Notes: generated by a model from the letters alone, not told the origin. Shown: positions 52,081 through 61,321, counted from the first letter of the stretch. The stretch is 64,000 nt of DNA from an uncultured Bacteroidales bacterium (GCA_903913285.1 CAIWKO010000036.1:142691-206690), one strand, 5' to 3'. Made by a program: numbers and translations.

Positions 52081-52129
52081 ATCAAATCGCAAATAGCTAA
52101 TCACTAATCACTAAAAGTAAATCGCAATA
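52081..52129. repeat. Heptamer array (ATCAAAT CGCAAAT AGCTAAT CACTAAT CACTAAA AGTAAAT CGCAATA)
   Basis: Read directly. 52081-52108 is the right arm of the 28-bp inverted repeat with 51417-51444. Confidence 0.9.
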
Positions 52130-52226
52130 AATTTTCCGTCATTCACCGTCCGTATGGCGTTACTTATATATTTTATTTTGCACAGGCAGGTTTTATGCCG
52201 ACTTTTGCCTGAAGATTTATTGAGTC

Positions 52227-52340
52227 GGAAGTTGGAAGTTGGAAGTCCGAAGAAGGATGAATGGAAAAATGGAAGCCCGAAATTATATGCTGCCACTAAA
52301 CTTTGAACTTTTAAGTTTTAACCTCGAACTCATAACTTTT
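52227..52340. repeat. Heptamer arrays GGAAGTT x2, GGAAGTC, CGAAGAA... (52227-52282) and AACTTTG AACTTTT AAGTTTT AACCTCG AACTCAT AACTTTT (52299-52340)
   Basis: Read directly. The two arrays are roughly complementary (GGAAGTT versus AACTTTN). Confidence 0.8.
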
Positions 52341-52391
52341 TTGTTACTTTTGCGTTCTTAAATATAGAGAATCACTTCAGAAATTTATTTT

Positions 52392-54011
52392 ATGAAAAGA
52401 AAAGGTTTATTAGTTGCGCTGAAAACAGCTACAGTGCTGGTTGCATTTATGTTTGTGTGCGCCGCAAGCACCAACGCGCAAACACACGACCCGAAGAAAT
52501 CGGACCAGAAATATGCCGCGGCCCTGCAGGTTATCCGTATGGCTTATGTGGACACAGTGAACGAGGAAAAACTGACGGAAGCAGCCATAGTGGCCATGTT
52601 GAAGGATCTGGACCCGCATTCGGTTTACATGTCGAAAAAAGATATTGAGAGAGCCAACGAGCCGCTGATAGGCAATTTCGACGGCATAGGCGTTCAGTTC
52701 AACCTGATACTGGACACGATAGTGGTGCTCACTCCCACCCCCGACGGCCCGTCGGAAAAAGTGGGTATTATGGCCGGCGACAAAATTGTGAAGATAGACG
52801 GGCTGGATGCCGTTGGCCCCAAAATAAACACTGATTTTGTGGTAACCCACCTGCGCGGCCCCAAAGGCAGCTCGGTGAAAGTGAGCATCTACCGCAAAGG
52901 CAAAGCAGGCCTGCTTGATTACACCATTGTGCGCGACAAAATCCCCATAACCAGTGTGGACGCGGCTTATATGGAAACCGACGAGATCGGCTACATTAAA
53001 CTAAACAAATTTGCGCAAAACACTATGGAAGAATTTTATGACGCTATAGCGAAACTAAAAAAAGCAGGCATGAAAAGCCTGATATTAGACCTGCGCGACA
53101 ATTCGGGCGGCTATTTGAACACCGCCATAGAACTGGCCGACCAATTTTTGCCCGAAGGCCAGATGATAGTTTACACACAGGGACATTCGTCGCCCAAACA
53201 GGTGAGCATGGCAACCAACAAAGGAACTTTTGAAAAAGGAAAGCTTGTGGTTTTGATAAACGAAGGTTCTGCCTCGGCAAGCGAAATCGTTACAGGCGCC
53301 GTTCAGGACTGGGACCGCGCCCTCATCATCGGTCGCCGCTCGTTTGGCAAGGGATTGGTGCAACGCCCGTTCGATCTGCCCGACGGTTCGGTGATACGCC
53401 TCACCACGGCACACTACTACACTCCTACCGGACGCTGCGTTCAGAAACCTTACGACGAAGGTGTGGATAAATATTATAAAGACATCACCGACCGCTATAA
53501 ACACGGCGAACTGGTGAACCCCGACAGTATTAAATTTCCCGATTCACTGAAATATTACACGCCGAACAAACGCGTGGTATATGGCGGCGGTGGCATTATG
53601 CCCGACATTTTTATGCCGTTGGATACAACACGCATTTCGGATTATTATTCGAATCTGCTGCGCAAAAACATCATCAACCAGTTTGTTTTGAACTATCTGG
53701 ACGGGAAACGCGAAAACATGAAAAAACAATATCCCGATGCTAATGCCTTTTTGAAGAACTACATTATTGATGATGCATTTATGAGCAATTTCGTTGACTT
53801 TGCCGAAAAAGAAGGGGTAAAAAAAGATGAGAAAGGCTACAAATCGTCGGAAAAATATATCCGCAATTTCCTGAAGGCATGGATAGCCCGCAATTTGTGG
53901 GACTACGATGCTTACTGGCGCGTTTCGAATGAAGACGACGATGTGTTCCAGAAAGCAGTACAATCAATCCAGAGTAAGGATATGTTTAAGACTAACAAGA
54001 TATCTTATTAA
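52392..54011 (+). CDS. S41-family carboxy-terminal processing peptidase
   Basis: PDZ region (GIMAGDKIVKIDG), LILDLRDNSGG, LINEGSASASEI (catalytic Ser), GRRSFGKG (Lys). Confidence 0.85.
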   Translation: MKRKGLLVALKTATVLVAFMFVCAASTNAQTHDPKKSDQKYAAALQVIRMAYVDTVNEEKLTEAAIVAMLKDLDPHSVYMSKKDIERANEPLIGNFDGIGVQFNLILDTIVVLTPTPDGPSEKVGIMAGDKIVKIDGLDAVGPKINTDFVVTHLRGPKGSSVKVSIYRKGKAGLLDYTIVRDKIPITSVDAAYMETDEIGYIKLNKFAQNTMEEFYDAIAKLKKAGMKSLILDLRDNSGGYLNTAIELADQFLPEGQMIVYTQGHSSPKQVSMATNKGTFEKGKLVVLINEGSASASEIVTGAVQDWDRALIIGRRSFGKGLVQRPFDLPDGSVIRLTTAHYYTPTGRCVQKPYDEGVDKYYKDITDRYKHGELVNPDSIKFPDSLKYYTPNKRVVYGGGGIMPDIFMPLDTTRISDYYSNLLRKNIINQFVLNYLDGKRENMKKQYPDANAFLKNYIIDDAFMSNFVDFAEKEGVKKDEKGYKSSEKYIRNFLKAWIARNLWDYDAYWRVSNEDDDVFQKAVQSIQSKDMFKTNKISY

Positions 54012-54039
54012 AGGTAAAAGATAATAGGTAATAGGTAAA
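54012..54039. repeat. Heptamer array AGGTAAA AGATAAT AGGTAAT AGGTAAA
   Basis: Starts on the nucleotide after the TAA stop (54009-54011). Confidence 0.85.
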
Positions 54040-54050
54040 AACAAAGGAAA

Positions 54051-54078
54051 GGCTTGTACGAAAGTGCAGGCCTTTTAC
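54051..54078 (+). terminator. Rho-independent terminator with GAAA tetraloop
   Basis: GGCTTGTAC (54051-54059), gaaa, GTGCAGGCC (54064-54072) with two G-U pairs, then TTTT. Followed by T-rich heptamers (TTTTACT TTTTACT TTAAACT ...). Confidence 0.65.
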
Positions 54079-54103
54079 TTTTTACTTTAAACTTTAAGAA
54101 CTT

Positions 54104-55150
54104 TCAACTTAATAAACTCAAAATATAGGTCAGACTGTCTTCTCCAAGTATTTCCGAATGACTGATGATGCCGTCGATTTCGGGAGCGCGGGTTCCGCGA
54201 AAGAAAAAGGTGTTGCCCGAAAAGATGCGGGCTTCGTCCCACAGATGCGCATCGATGAATGATTGCAGTAACATGCGTCCGCCTTCCACAATGAGCGATT
54301 GTATGCCGCGCTGATACAAAACCGATAATATCTGGCAGATAACTTCCCCATCGAAATCCAACATAATAAATTCGACATTATCCTGGATTTGATTTTTCGA
54401 TGCGTTAAAAACCAGGGTGTTTTCATCCTTACTGAAAACTTTAGCATTGGCAGGAATAATGAGTTTCTCGTCGATAACAATCCGCAGGGGGCTCCTCCCC
54501 GACCAATCGCGAACGGTGAGTTGCGGGTCGTCTTTCAGAATGGTGTTGGTTCCTGTCATGATGGCTTGCTCTTCGGAGCGCCAGCGGTGAACCAGCATGC
54601 GTGTATGTTCGCCGGTGATCCAGTTTATCATGGGTTCGTCCGATTTGCGTTCTTTATCGATGAAACCGTCGCGGGTTTGCGCCCATTTCAGAATGATATA
54701 GGGGCGTTTCTTCGCATGAAATACCACAAAACGCTTGTTGAGTTCAAGGCATTGTTGGTGCAAAACGTCGGTAACAACTTCCACACCTGCCTGACGAAGT
54801 TGCAGGATTCCGCTTCCGTTCACTTCTGCAAAAGGATCCATCATACCAATTACAACTCTGGGAATACCGCATTTGATAATCATTTCGGTGCAGGGAGGAG
54901 TTTTGCCGAAATGGCTGCATGGTTCGAGGTTCACATATAAGGTTGATTGGCGAAGCAGATCTTTTTCTTTCACCGAATCCACAGCATGAACTTCGGCATG
55001 AGGCCCGCCGAACTCCCGATGGAAACCTTCGCCGATAATAGTGTCGTTGCGTACTATAACGCAACCTACCAAAGGATTTGGCGCCACGGAGCCTCTGCCG
55101 TTTTCGGCCAGTTGGAGGCAACGCTGCATATAAAGTTCATCACGACTCAT
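54104..55150 (-). CDS. ribD: Bifunctional riboflavin biosynthesis protein RibD (deaminase/reductase)
   Basis: CMP/dCMP deaminase zinc motifs HAEVHA and PCSHFGKTPPC. C-terminal RibD_C reductase domain. Confidence 0.9.
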   Translation of the reverse strand: MSRDELYMQRCLQLAENGRGSVAPNPLVGCVIVRNDTIIGEGFHREFGGPHAEVHAVDSVKEKDLLRQSTLYVNLEPCSHFGKTPPCTEMIIKCGIPRVVIGMMDPFAEVNGSGILQLRQAGVEVVTDVLHQQCLELNKRFVVFHAKKRPYIILKWAQTRDGFIDKERKSDEPMINWITGEHTRMLVHRWRSEEQAIMTGTNTILKDDPQLTVRDWSGRSPLRIVIDEKLIIPANAKVFSKDENTLVFNASKNQIQDNVEFIMLDFDGEVICQILSVLYQRGIQSLIVEGGRMLLQSFIDAHLWDEARIFSGNTFFFRGTRAPEIDGIISHSEILGEDSLTYILSLLS

Positions 55151-55223
55151 TGAACAAAATTAGTACAATATTTTAAATTTATTGACGTTTCAATAACACA
55201 TAATAGTTTTAAGTAAAAATTCG

Positions 55224-55231
55224 TACTTTTG
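55224..55231 (+). promoter_or_regulatory. Putative -7 box TACTTTTG upstream of the PorQ-like gene
   Basis: Matches TAnnTTTG, 19 nt upstream of the TTG start at 55251. No clear -33 TTTG. Confidence 0.3.
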
Positions 55232-55250
55232 TGCAGCAACATTCATTAAA

Positions 55251-56303
55251 TTGAAGAGAACCCTAATATTATTCATATTGCTTATTGCCGGATTGGTTTC
55301 ATCAGCCCAAACAGGCGGCAATAATATTTACGAATTTTTAGATCTGCCTTATTCGGCACGTTGTGCTGCTTTGGGTACGAATTTCGTTGCCGCCAACGAT
55401 AAAGACCTGTCGATGGCGATTACCAACCCCTCAATAATTGACGAAAACCTGCACACCAAAATAGCGCTTTCGTTTGTGGATTATATTGCTGGAACCAATT
55501 ATGGAATGGCAGCATACTCCCATACATTCAAAAAAGTGGGTAGCTTTACAACTGCATTGCAATTTATTGATTACGGTCGCTTTTTGGAAGCTGACGAAAC
55601 AGGACAAACATACGGAAATTTTAGCGGCGGCGATTATGCCCTGACTTTTGGTTGGGGACGAAAGCTTGATAAGCATTTCTTGATTGGGGCCAACCTGAAA
55701 TTGATCTATTCTCAACTCGAAAAGTATCATTCGTTTGGTATGGCTGTTGATGTTGCAGGCTCTTATTATCATCAGAAAAGCGGTTTTATGGCCACTATAT
55801 TATTTAAGAATATTGGCCGCGAACTGCATTCTTATGTTCCCGGAAATATTGAGCCCCTGCCATTTGATATTCAAGTAGGACTATCGCAAAAATTCAACAC
55901 CTTGCCATTGCGCTATAACATTGTATATGATCATCTCGAAAAGTTCAATCTCACTTACAACGATCCGTTAAAATCCAATGTGGATGCTATAACGGGCGAT
56001 ACGATTAAAGTAAGTAAAGTAGAACAATTTGCCGACAAACTGATGCGTCATTTTGTGTTGGGCATTGAATTCTATCCTGTTAAGCGCTTTTATATTAGTT
56101 TAGGGTATAATTATATGCGCCGCCGCGAACTGCGCACCGATGTAAAAAAAGGCATTGTAGGATTTTCGGTGGGCTGTGGTATCAATGTTTATAAATTCCG
56201 CATCTCTTATGCCTGGGCAAAGTACCATTTGTCAGCAGCACCCAATACGATAACCATCACGACCAATATCTCCGATTTTTTCTCGAAAAATAAGGGAAAA
56301 TAA
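55251..56303 (+). CDS. porQ: Type IX secretion system outer-membrane protein PorQ-like
   Basis: Signal peptide ...LVSSAQ, then TGGNNIYEFLDLPYSARCAALG...D.D.S.A..NPS, a beta-barrel-like alternating pattern and a terminal aromatic residue. Recalled PorQ family signature. TTG start. Confidence 0.55.
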   Translation: MKRTLILFILLIAGLVSSAQTGGNNIYEFLDLPYSARCAALGTNFVAANDKDLSMAITNPSIIDENLHTKIALSFVDYIAGTNYGMAAYSHTFKKVGSFTTALQFIDYGRFLEADETGQTYGNFSGGDYALTFGWGRKLDKHFLIGANLKLIYSQLEKYHSFGMAVDVAGSYYHQKSGFMATILFKNIGRELHSYVPGNIEPLPFDIQVGLSQKFNTLPLRYNIVYDHLEKFNLTYNDPLKSNVDAITGDTIKVSKVEQFADKLMRHFVLGIEFYPVKRFYISLGYNYMRRRELRTDVKKGIVGFSVGCGINVYKFRISYAWAKYHLSAAPNTITITTNISDFFSKNKGK

Positions 56304-56325
56304 ACATTACTTAAGAAGGGATTTT

Positions 56326-57978
56326 TTAGGCAAGCAACTCTTTGGCAGTTTTCACCGATGCTTCGCTGATATTGTTTCCGCTCAGCATTTCGGCTATTAC
56401 ATCCACCCTGCCATCACCTTCAAGTTTTCTGATCTTAACAAAGGTCGAGTTCTTGTCAGATACTTTATATACCTGAAAATGCGTATTGCCTTTAGCGGCT
56501 ATCTGAGGCAAATGAGTTATGGCTATCACTTGCATACCTTTTGCAAGGTTCTTCATAATGGTGCCTGTTTGCGAAGCAACTTCGCCCGAAACGCCACTGT
56601 CAATTTCATCGAAGATAATAGTTGGCAACAGTTTCTTTTCTGAAACCAGCGATTTAAATGCAAGCATTAAGCGCGATAATTCACCGCCCGAGGCAACCTT
56701 ATCAATGGGTTTCATCTCCGAGCCTTTGTTGGCAGAAAAAGTAAACACTAATTCATCAATACCGGTTTCTTTCAGCTCCGGCGACTTCCGGTTCTCTGTT
56801 TTAATTTTTGCATTCGGCATGCCCAGCAAAACCAATATTCCTACTGCCTTTTGCTCTATTTCTGCAAAAATACTTTTGCGTTTCGCCGAAAGTTCTTCTG
56901 CCCTGGCAAACAATTCGAATTCCTTTTGTTTGATTGCGTGTTCAAGCTTTTTTACTTTGATCTCCAGCGAGGCAATATCTTGTATTTTCGTATCCAGATC
57001 CTGCTGAATATCCAGCAAAGCTTTTACCGATTCAACACGATGCTTTTGCTGAAGACGATAAATTTCGTTTAACCTCAAATTGATCTGTTCACTTCGTTCG
57101 GGATTAAACAAAGTGCGTTCTTCAATGCGTTCGAGTTCAGCAATTATATCTTTTAGTTCAATGTACGAGGATTGAAGTCTTTTAGAATTTTCTTCAAGTT
57201 CCTTATCAAAGCCTGCGATCTGTGATATCTGATTTTGAATTACAGAAAGTTGTTGGATGATATTACCTTCAGTAATATTTAATGAATACAGCGATTTACT
57301 GAGGGTAGATTTAATGAGTTCCACATGGTTCAGCAGATTGAGTTCCTGTTCAAGGTTGGTTTGTTCATTTTCTGATAAATTTGCAGACTCCAGTTCATTA
57401 AAAAGAAACAAATAGTAATCATTATCCGCTCTTGCTTTTGTTTCCATTTCGATCATTTGCAAAAGCTGCTTTTTCTGCTCCTTCAGATCTGTATAATCTT
57501 GTTTGAATAGCTTTGCCTTGTCTACAATACCTGCATAACTGTCGATAAGGTATAACTGAAACTCAGTTTCGTTGATCTGGAGTGTTTTGTGCTGCGAATG
57601 TATGTCGATCAGATTATCGCCAAGTTCCTTTAATTGTGCTAAATTTACCGGTGTATCGTTAATAAATGCTCTGGACTTTCCTTCAGGATTAATTTCCCTG
57701 CGAAGCAAAACGTTAGTATCAGTATCAAGGTCATTTTTCTTAAAGAATTCCGAAAGTTGATAGGTTGAGATATCGAAACTTCCTTCAATAACACATTTCT
57801 TTGTTTTATCGAGCAACACTTGTGCATCTGCCCGTTGTCCAATGATCAATGAAAGTGCATCAAGGATTATAGATTTACCTGCTCCTGTTTCACCTGTTAT
57901 AGTGGTAAAACCAGAATAAAAATCGACTTCAAGCTCGTCAATTAAAGCATAATTGCGGATTGAAAGATTTTTAAGCAT
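56326..57978 (-). CDS. recN: DNA repair protein RecN
   Basis: MLKNLSIRNYALIDELEVDF..GFTTITGETGAGKSI, long coiled coil, C-terminal SGGELSRLMLA and IFDEIDSG. Confidence 0.9.
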   Translation of the reverse strand: MLKNLSIRNYALIDELEVDFYSGFTTITGETGAGKSIILDALSLIIGQRADAQVLLDKTKKCVIEGSFDISTYQLSEFFKKNDLDTDTNVLLRREINPEGKSRAFINDTPVNLAQLKELGDNLIDIHSQHKTLQINETEFQLYLIDSYAGIVDKAKLFKQDYTDLKEQKKQLLQMIEMETKARADNDYYLFLFNELESANLSENEQTNLEQELNLLNHVELIKSTLSKSLYSLNITEGNIIQQLSVIQNQISQIAGFDKELEENSKRLQSSYIELKDIIAELERIEERTLFNPERSEQINLRLNEIYRLQQKHRVESVKALLDIQQDLDTKIQDIASLEIKVKKLEHAIKQKEFELFARAEELSAKRKSIFAEIEQKAVGILVLLGMPNAKIKTENRKSPELKETGIDELVFTFSANKGSEMKPIDKVASGGELSRLMLAFKSLVSEKKLLPTIIFDEIDSGVSGEVASQTGTIMKNLAKGMQVIAITHLPQIAAKGNTHFQVYKVSDKNSTFVKIRKLEGDGRVDVIAEMLSGNNISEASVKTAKELLA

Positions 57979-57985
57979 AAGAACT

Positions 57986-58891
57986 TTATTTTGCGTTCAA
58001 TATTTTGGTATTCCAATCATTCGAATGGGCAGGGTCAATTTCCTTTAAAATATTAACAATAGGTGGTCTGTCTGTTGTTGGTGCCTGCGAAAATATATTG
58101 ATAAGTTCATCTCGTTTCGAATCCATGAAAACAGTAACTATGTATAAGCCGGGAGTTTGTTTCACAACATATTGCATTTTCTCCATCCCTGAAGATACTG
58201 CTGCTCTGCCTTGTGCCATATTGTCTTTCATTACATCCAAGCCTTTCAAATGATACAAATACAAACATTCCCGGATGCCTCCATATGAATCATTCAGCAA
58301 GTTTTCAACAAGCCAATAGCGGTTTTTTTTGTTTTCGAATGCTTTCCAACCCTTATCTGCACCATTTTGTGAAAGAGAAACCAGATTCTGAGCTTTAGTA
58401 TAGAACTGTGAGCCACCCTTCATAGAAAAAGAGTCAAAATCAACTCCAATAATAATATAGGCATAATAGCCCAACACAGCAGTCAGATTTGAGTAAATAT
58501 TATTATCATCGAACTCCAGCGATTGTTTTTGGATATATTTAAAGGTAAAATCCTTGTCGATCAGGTTGATCATCGGTGAAAAGTACGATGTACCAAAAAC
58601 AGGTCTGCGTGATTGTATTTGGATGGTTCCGCTAAAATCAACATCCGACGAACGTGTAGTAATGGTAATAAACACGTTACATTCAATTTTTTCCTGTGGC
58701 TGATACGTGTAATTTGACCATTTACGGGTATTCATAAATTCCCTCACAGCAGTTTGCAGATCATCATAAACAGTCTTGTCACTTCCGCTGATTTGTTGAG
58801 AATTAACGGTTACATTACATAACAATTCCTGTGCATTAGAATGAACAGCCGTAAAAAAAATAAAAAATAAAGCAATGATTACTTTTTTCAT
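57986..58891 (-). CDS. DUF4835-family protein (annotated in some resources as T9SS PorD)
   Basis: Signal peptide plus QELLCNVTVNSQQISGSDKTVYDDLQTAVREFMNTRKW. Sits in the conserved coaBC-DUF4835-recN arrangement of Bacteroidota. Confidence 0.65.
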   Translation of the reverse strand: MKKVIIALFFIFFTAVHSNAQELLCNVTVNSQQISGSDKTVYDDLQTAVREFMNTRKWSNYTYQPQEKIECNVFITITTRSSDVDFSGTIQIQSRRPVFGTSYFSPMINLIDKDFTFKYIQKQSLEFDDNNIYSNLTAVLGYYAYIIIGVDFDSFSMKGGSQFYTKAQNLVSLSQNGADKGWKAFENKKNRYWLVENLLNDSYGGIRECLYLYHLKGLDVMKDNMAQGRAAVSSGMEKMQYVVKQTPGLYIVTVFMDSKRDELINIFSQAPTTDRPPIVNILKEIDPAHSNDWNTKILNAK

Positions 58892-60099
58892 ATCTTATTT
58901 TTAAGTGACACGACAATCTCATTAATAATATCCGCAGCAACTTCACTTTTCGGTTTTAGCGCAAAAGTCACCAACGATAAGTCTTTGCTGATAATTGATA
59001 TTTTGTTAGTTTTAACTTTAAATCCAGCTCCAGGATCTTTCATTGAATTAAGAACGATAAAATCAAGGTTTTTATTTTTCAATTTCAATTTTGCCTGCTC
59101 AATTCCTTCATCTGTTTCCAAAGCAAAACCAACAAGTAATTGATCTTTTCGTTTAATTTTTCCTAATTCAGAAAGGATATCAGGTGTTTTGACTAATTTG
59201 ACCGAAAATTTATCCGAATTCTTCTTGATCTTTTTTGGTGATACTTTTTCTGCCATATAATCTGCAACGGCAGCAGCCATAATGGTAATATCATTTTTTT
59301 CAAAATGTTCCAAACAGGCCGAACGCATTTCCACAGATGAAACTACATTAATTCGTTGGATATCCGGTAAACTCATTTTCAAATTAACCGGCCCCGTTAT
59401 TAACGTTACTTTAGCTCCCCGTTCAACACATTCTCTGGCAAGTTCAAATCCCATTAACCCGGATGAATGGTTACTGATGAATCGAACTGGATCGATATTT
59501 TCTTGAGTTGGACCAGCTGTTATAAGGACTCTTTTATCTAGCAGGTCACAAGGTTTATTTATGTATACAAAAATGATCTCTTTAATTTTTTCCGGTTCTT
59601 CCATCCTTCCTTCGCCCACGGTACCGCATGCCAAACTTCCTGAAGACGGTGAAATAAAATGAATGCCATGATCCTTTAAAAACTCGATGTTCTTATTAAC
59701 AGAAAAATTCTCAAACATCTTGGTATTCATTGCGGGAGCAATGACAACTTTTTTATCGAAAGCAAGCAGTAATGTAGAAAGGGCATCATCAGCAATGCCG
59801 TTGGCAAATTTACCAATTATATTTGCGCTGGCGGGTGCCACTAAAAAAAGATCACCCCATTCAGCTATTGAAATATGCTCAGTAGAATAATCATTATTAG
59901 TATCGAAAACTTCGCAATAAACTTTATTTTGAGATAATGTTTCAAGAGTAACTTTTGTAACGAATTCCAAGGCATTTTTTGTAGCAACTACTTTTACTTC
60001 AGCACCTTCTTTGATAAGCGAGCGAATAAGAATCGGTATTTTATATGCCGCAATACTTCCAGTAATTCCAATAATAATTTTTTTACCTTTAAACATCAC
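58888..60099 (-). CDS. coaBC: Bifunctional phosphopantothenoylcysteine decarboxylase / phosphopantothenate--cysteine ligase
   Basis: GITGSIAAYK flavoprotein N-terminus, PAMN, and a C-terminal CoaB domain (ITAGPT.E.IDPVR.I.N.SSG). Confidence 0.9.
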   Translation of the reverse strand: MMFKGKKIIIGITGSIAAYKIPILIRSLIKEGAEVKVVATKNALEFVTKVTLETLSQNKVYCEVFDTNNDYSTEHISIAEWGDLFLVAPASANIIGKFANGIADDALSTLLLAFDKKVVIAPAMNTKMFENFSVNKNIEFLKDHGIHFISPSSGSLACGTVGEGRMEEPEKIKEIIFVYINKPCDLLDKRVLITAGPTQENIDPVRFISNHSSGLMGFELARECVERGAKVTLITGPVNLKMSLPDIQRINVVSSVEMRSACLEHFEKNDITIMAAAVADYMAEKVSPKKIKKNSDKFSVKLVKTPDILSELGKIKRKDQLLVGFALETDEGIEQAKLKLKNKNLDFIVLNSMKDPGAGFKVKTNKISIISKDLSLVTFALKPKSEVAADIINEIVVSLKNKI

Positions 60100-60105
60100 A
60101 GAATA

Positions 60106-60441
60106 TTAAAAGTCTGTAGGATTTTCTTTTAATGGATTGTGAAAATATAATTTGTCATTAAGATATTCGTGAATAGCAATTAAACTCGGTTTCGGCATAC
60201 GTTCGTAATATCTTGCAATTTCAATCTGTTCACGGTTTTCAAAAATTTCTTCAAGGTTATCTGCAGGAGTTCCAAATTCTTCTATTTTGGAATTTAACTC
60301 TTCTTTTAGGTCTGTGGAAATCTTATTTGCTCTGTTCGAAAGTATCACCAGTGTTTCGTAAATATTGCCTGTACCTTTCCTAAAATCACTAATGTTACGT
60401 GTAACAGCTAGAGTTCCTGCCTTAACTTTTCTATAATCCAT
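60106..60441 (-). CDS. rpoZ: DNA-directed RNA polymerase subunit omega (Bacteroidota long form)
   Basis: GNIYETLVILSNRANKI...EQIEIARYYERMPKPSLIAIHEYL, and its position between bamD and coaBC. Confidence 0.6.
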   Translation of the reverse strand: MDYRKVKAGTLAVTRNISDFRKGTGNIYETLVILSNRANKISTDLKEELNSKIEEFGTPADNLEEIFENREQIEIARYYERMPKPSLIAIHEYLNDKLYFHNPLKENPTDF

Positions 60442-60442
60442 A

Positions 60443-61321
60443 TCAGCTTTTTTGTTTAGTATCTAATTTGTTATTTTTATTTTTTTCATTTTCTTTAATA
60501 CTCTTTTCCTTATCAGCAACTTTTGATAATTCTTTAGTAATATTCTTTAAAACACTTTTAGCATCTTTATCAAATTTCGTTTGAGGGAATGCCGCATACA
60601 ATGAACTATAAGCATCTTTGGCATTCATTAGTCTCTCGTTTCTTTTATTTTCATAGCTATTGAGGGCATAATAATAACTTGAAATAAGAATATAATAATA
60701 TGCATCTTCCTTATATTTTGTATCGGGAAAATCTTTTAGCAGATTTTTAAAAGCAATAACAGCTGCCTGATAATCCTCTATTTTATAATAAAGTTTAGCA
60801 ATTTCAAAAGCTTTTGTTTCCAGTTTACCTCGTAATTCGTCTATTATTTCGTTGCTTTTTTCAACATATTTGCTTTTTGGATACTGATTAATAAACAATT
60901 GAAATTGTTTGATAGCATCAACAGAAATAGCCTGATCCAAACTGTATTTCGGGGAATACATGTATTGGCAATAGGCCGACATGTATTGGCATTCTTCAGC
61001 ATATTTGCTTGTTGGAAAAGTGTTAGTAAATTTTGTAAAATAATAACCCGCCTGCAAAAAATCTCCTTCACCATAATAGCAATAACCATAATAGTAATTG
61101 ATCTTTTCAGAAGTATCCGTTCCTCTGTAATAGATCAACAATTCATCAAACAATGTCATGGCACGGTGAAAATCGTCTTTTTGATATAATGCTAAAGCAG
61201 TTGCGTATTTTTCCGTAATATTTGTTCCTTTTAATACTTTGCGATATTGGCTGCAAGAAGACATCAGAATCCCCGTCAATAGGGCAACAATAACAATAAT
61301 AATCCGGATATTTTTAAACAT
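60443..61321 (-). CDS. bamD: Outer membrane protein assembly factor BamD (TPR lipoprotein)
   Basis: Lipobox LMSSCSQ. TPR-like repeats with the pattern Y..A...Y....Y..A...F..L. Confidence 0.7.
   Translation of the reverse strand: MFKNIRIIIVIVALLTGILMSSCSQYRKVLKGTNITEKYATALALYQKDDFHRAMTLFDELLIYYRGTDTSEKINYYYGYCYYGEGDFLQAGYYFTKFTNTFPTSKYAEECQYMSAYCQYMYSPKYSLDQAISVDAIKQFQLFINQYPKSKYVEKSNEIIDELRGKLETKAFEIAKLYYKIEDYQAAVIAFKNLLKDFPDTKYKEDAYYYILISSYYYALNSYENKRNERLMNAKDAYSSLYAAFPQTKFDKDAKSVLKNITKELSKVADKEKSIKENEKNKNNKLDTKQKS

Noticed and set aside
51542-52096. 184-aa ORF over array D encoding SRLRI(I/F)C heptads, a conceivable coiled-coil protein.
   Set aside because: The heptad periodicity follows trivially from the 21-nt unit. 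The N-terminal part is cryptic spacer sequence. The palindromic AGCCGGCT core and the flanking inverted repeat argue for a DNA/RNA-level element. Kept as a low-probability alternative.
54012-54110. Extended stem formed by AGGTAAA-type heptamers (54012-54039) and TTTTACT-type heptamers (54073-54110) around the S41 terminator.
   Set aside because: The compositions are complementary (GTAAAA versus TTTTAC). When paired position by position, the register gives only short runs (5-7 bp) without gaps. This is much weaker than the hairpin at 50595-50658, so it is not claimed as a structure.
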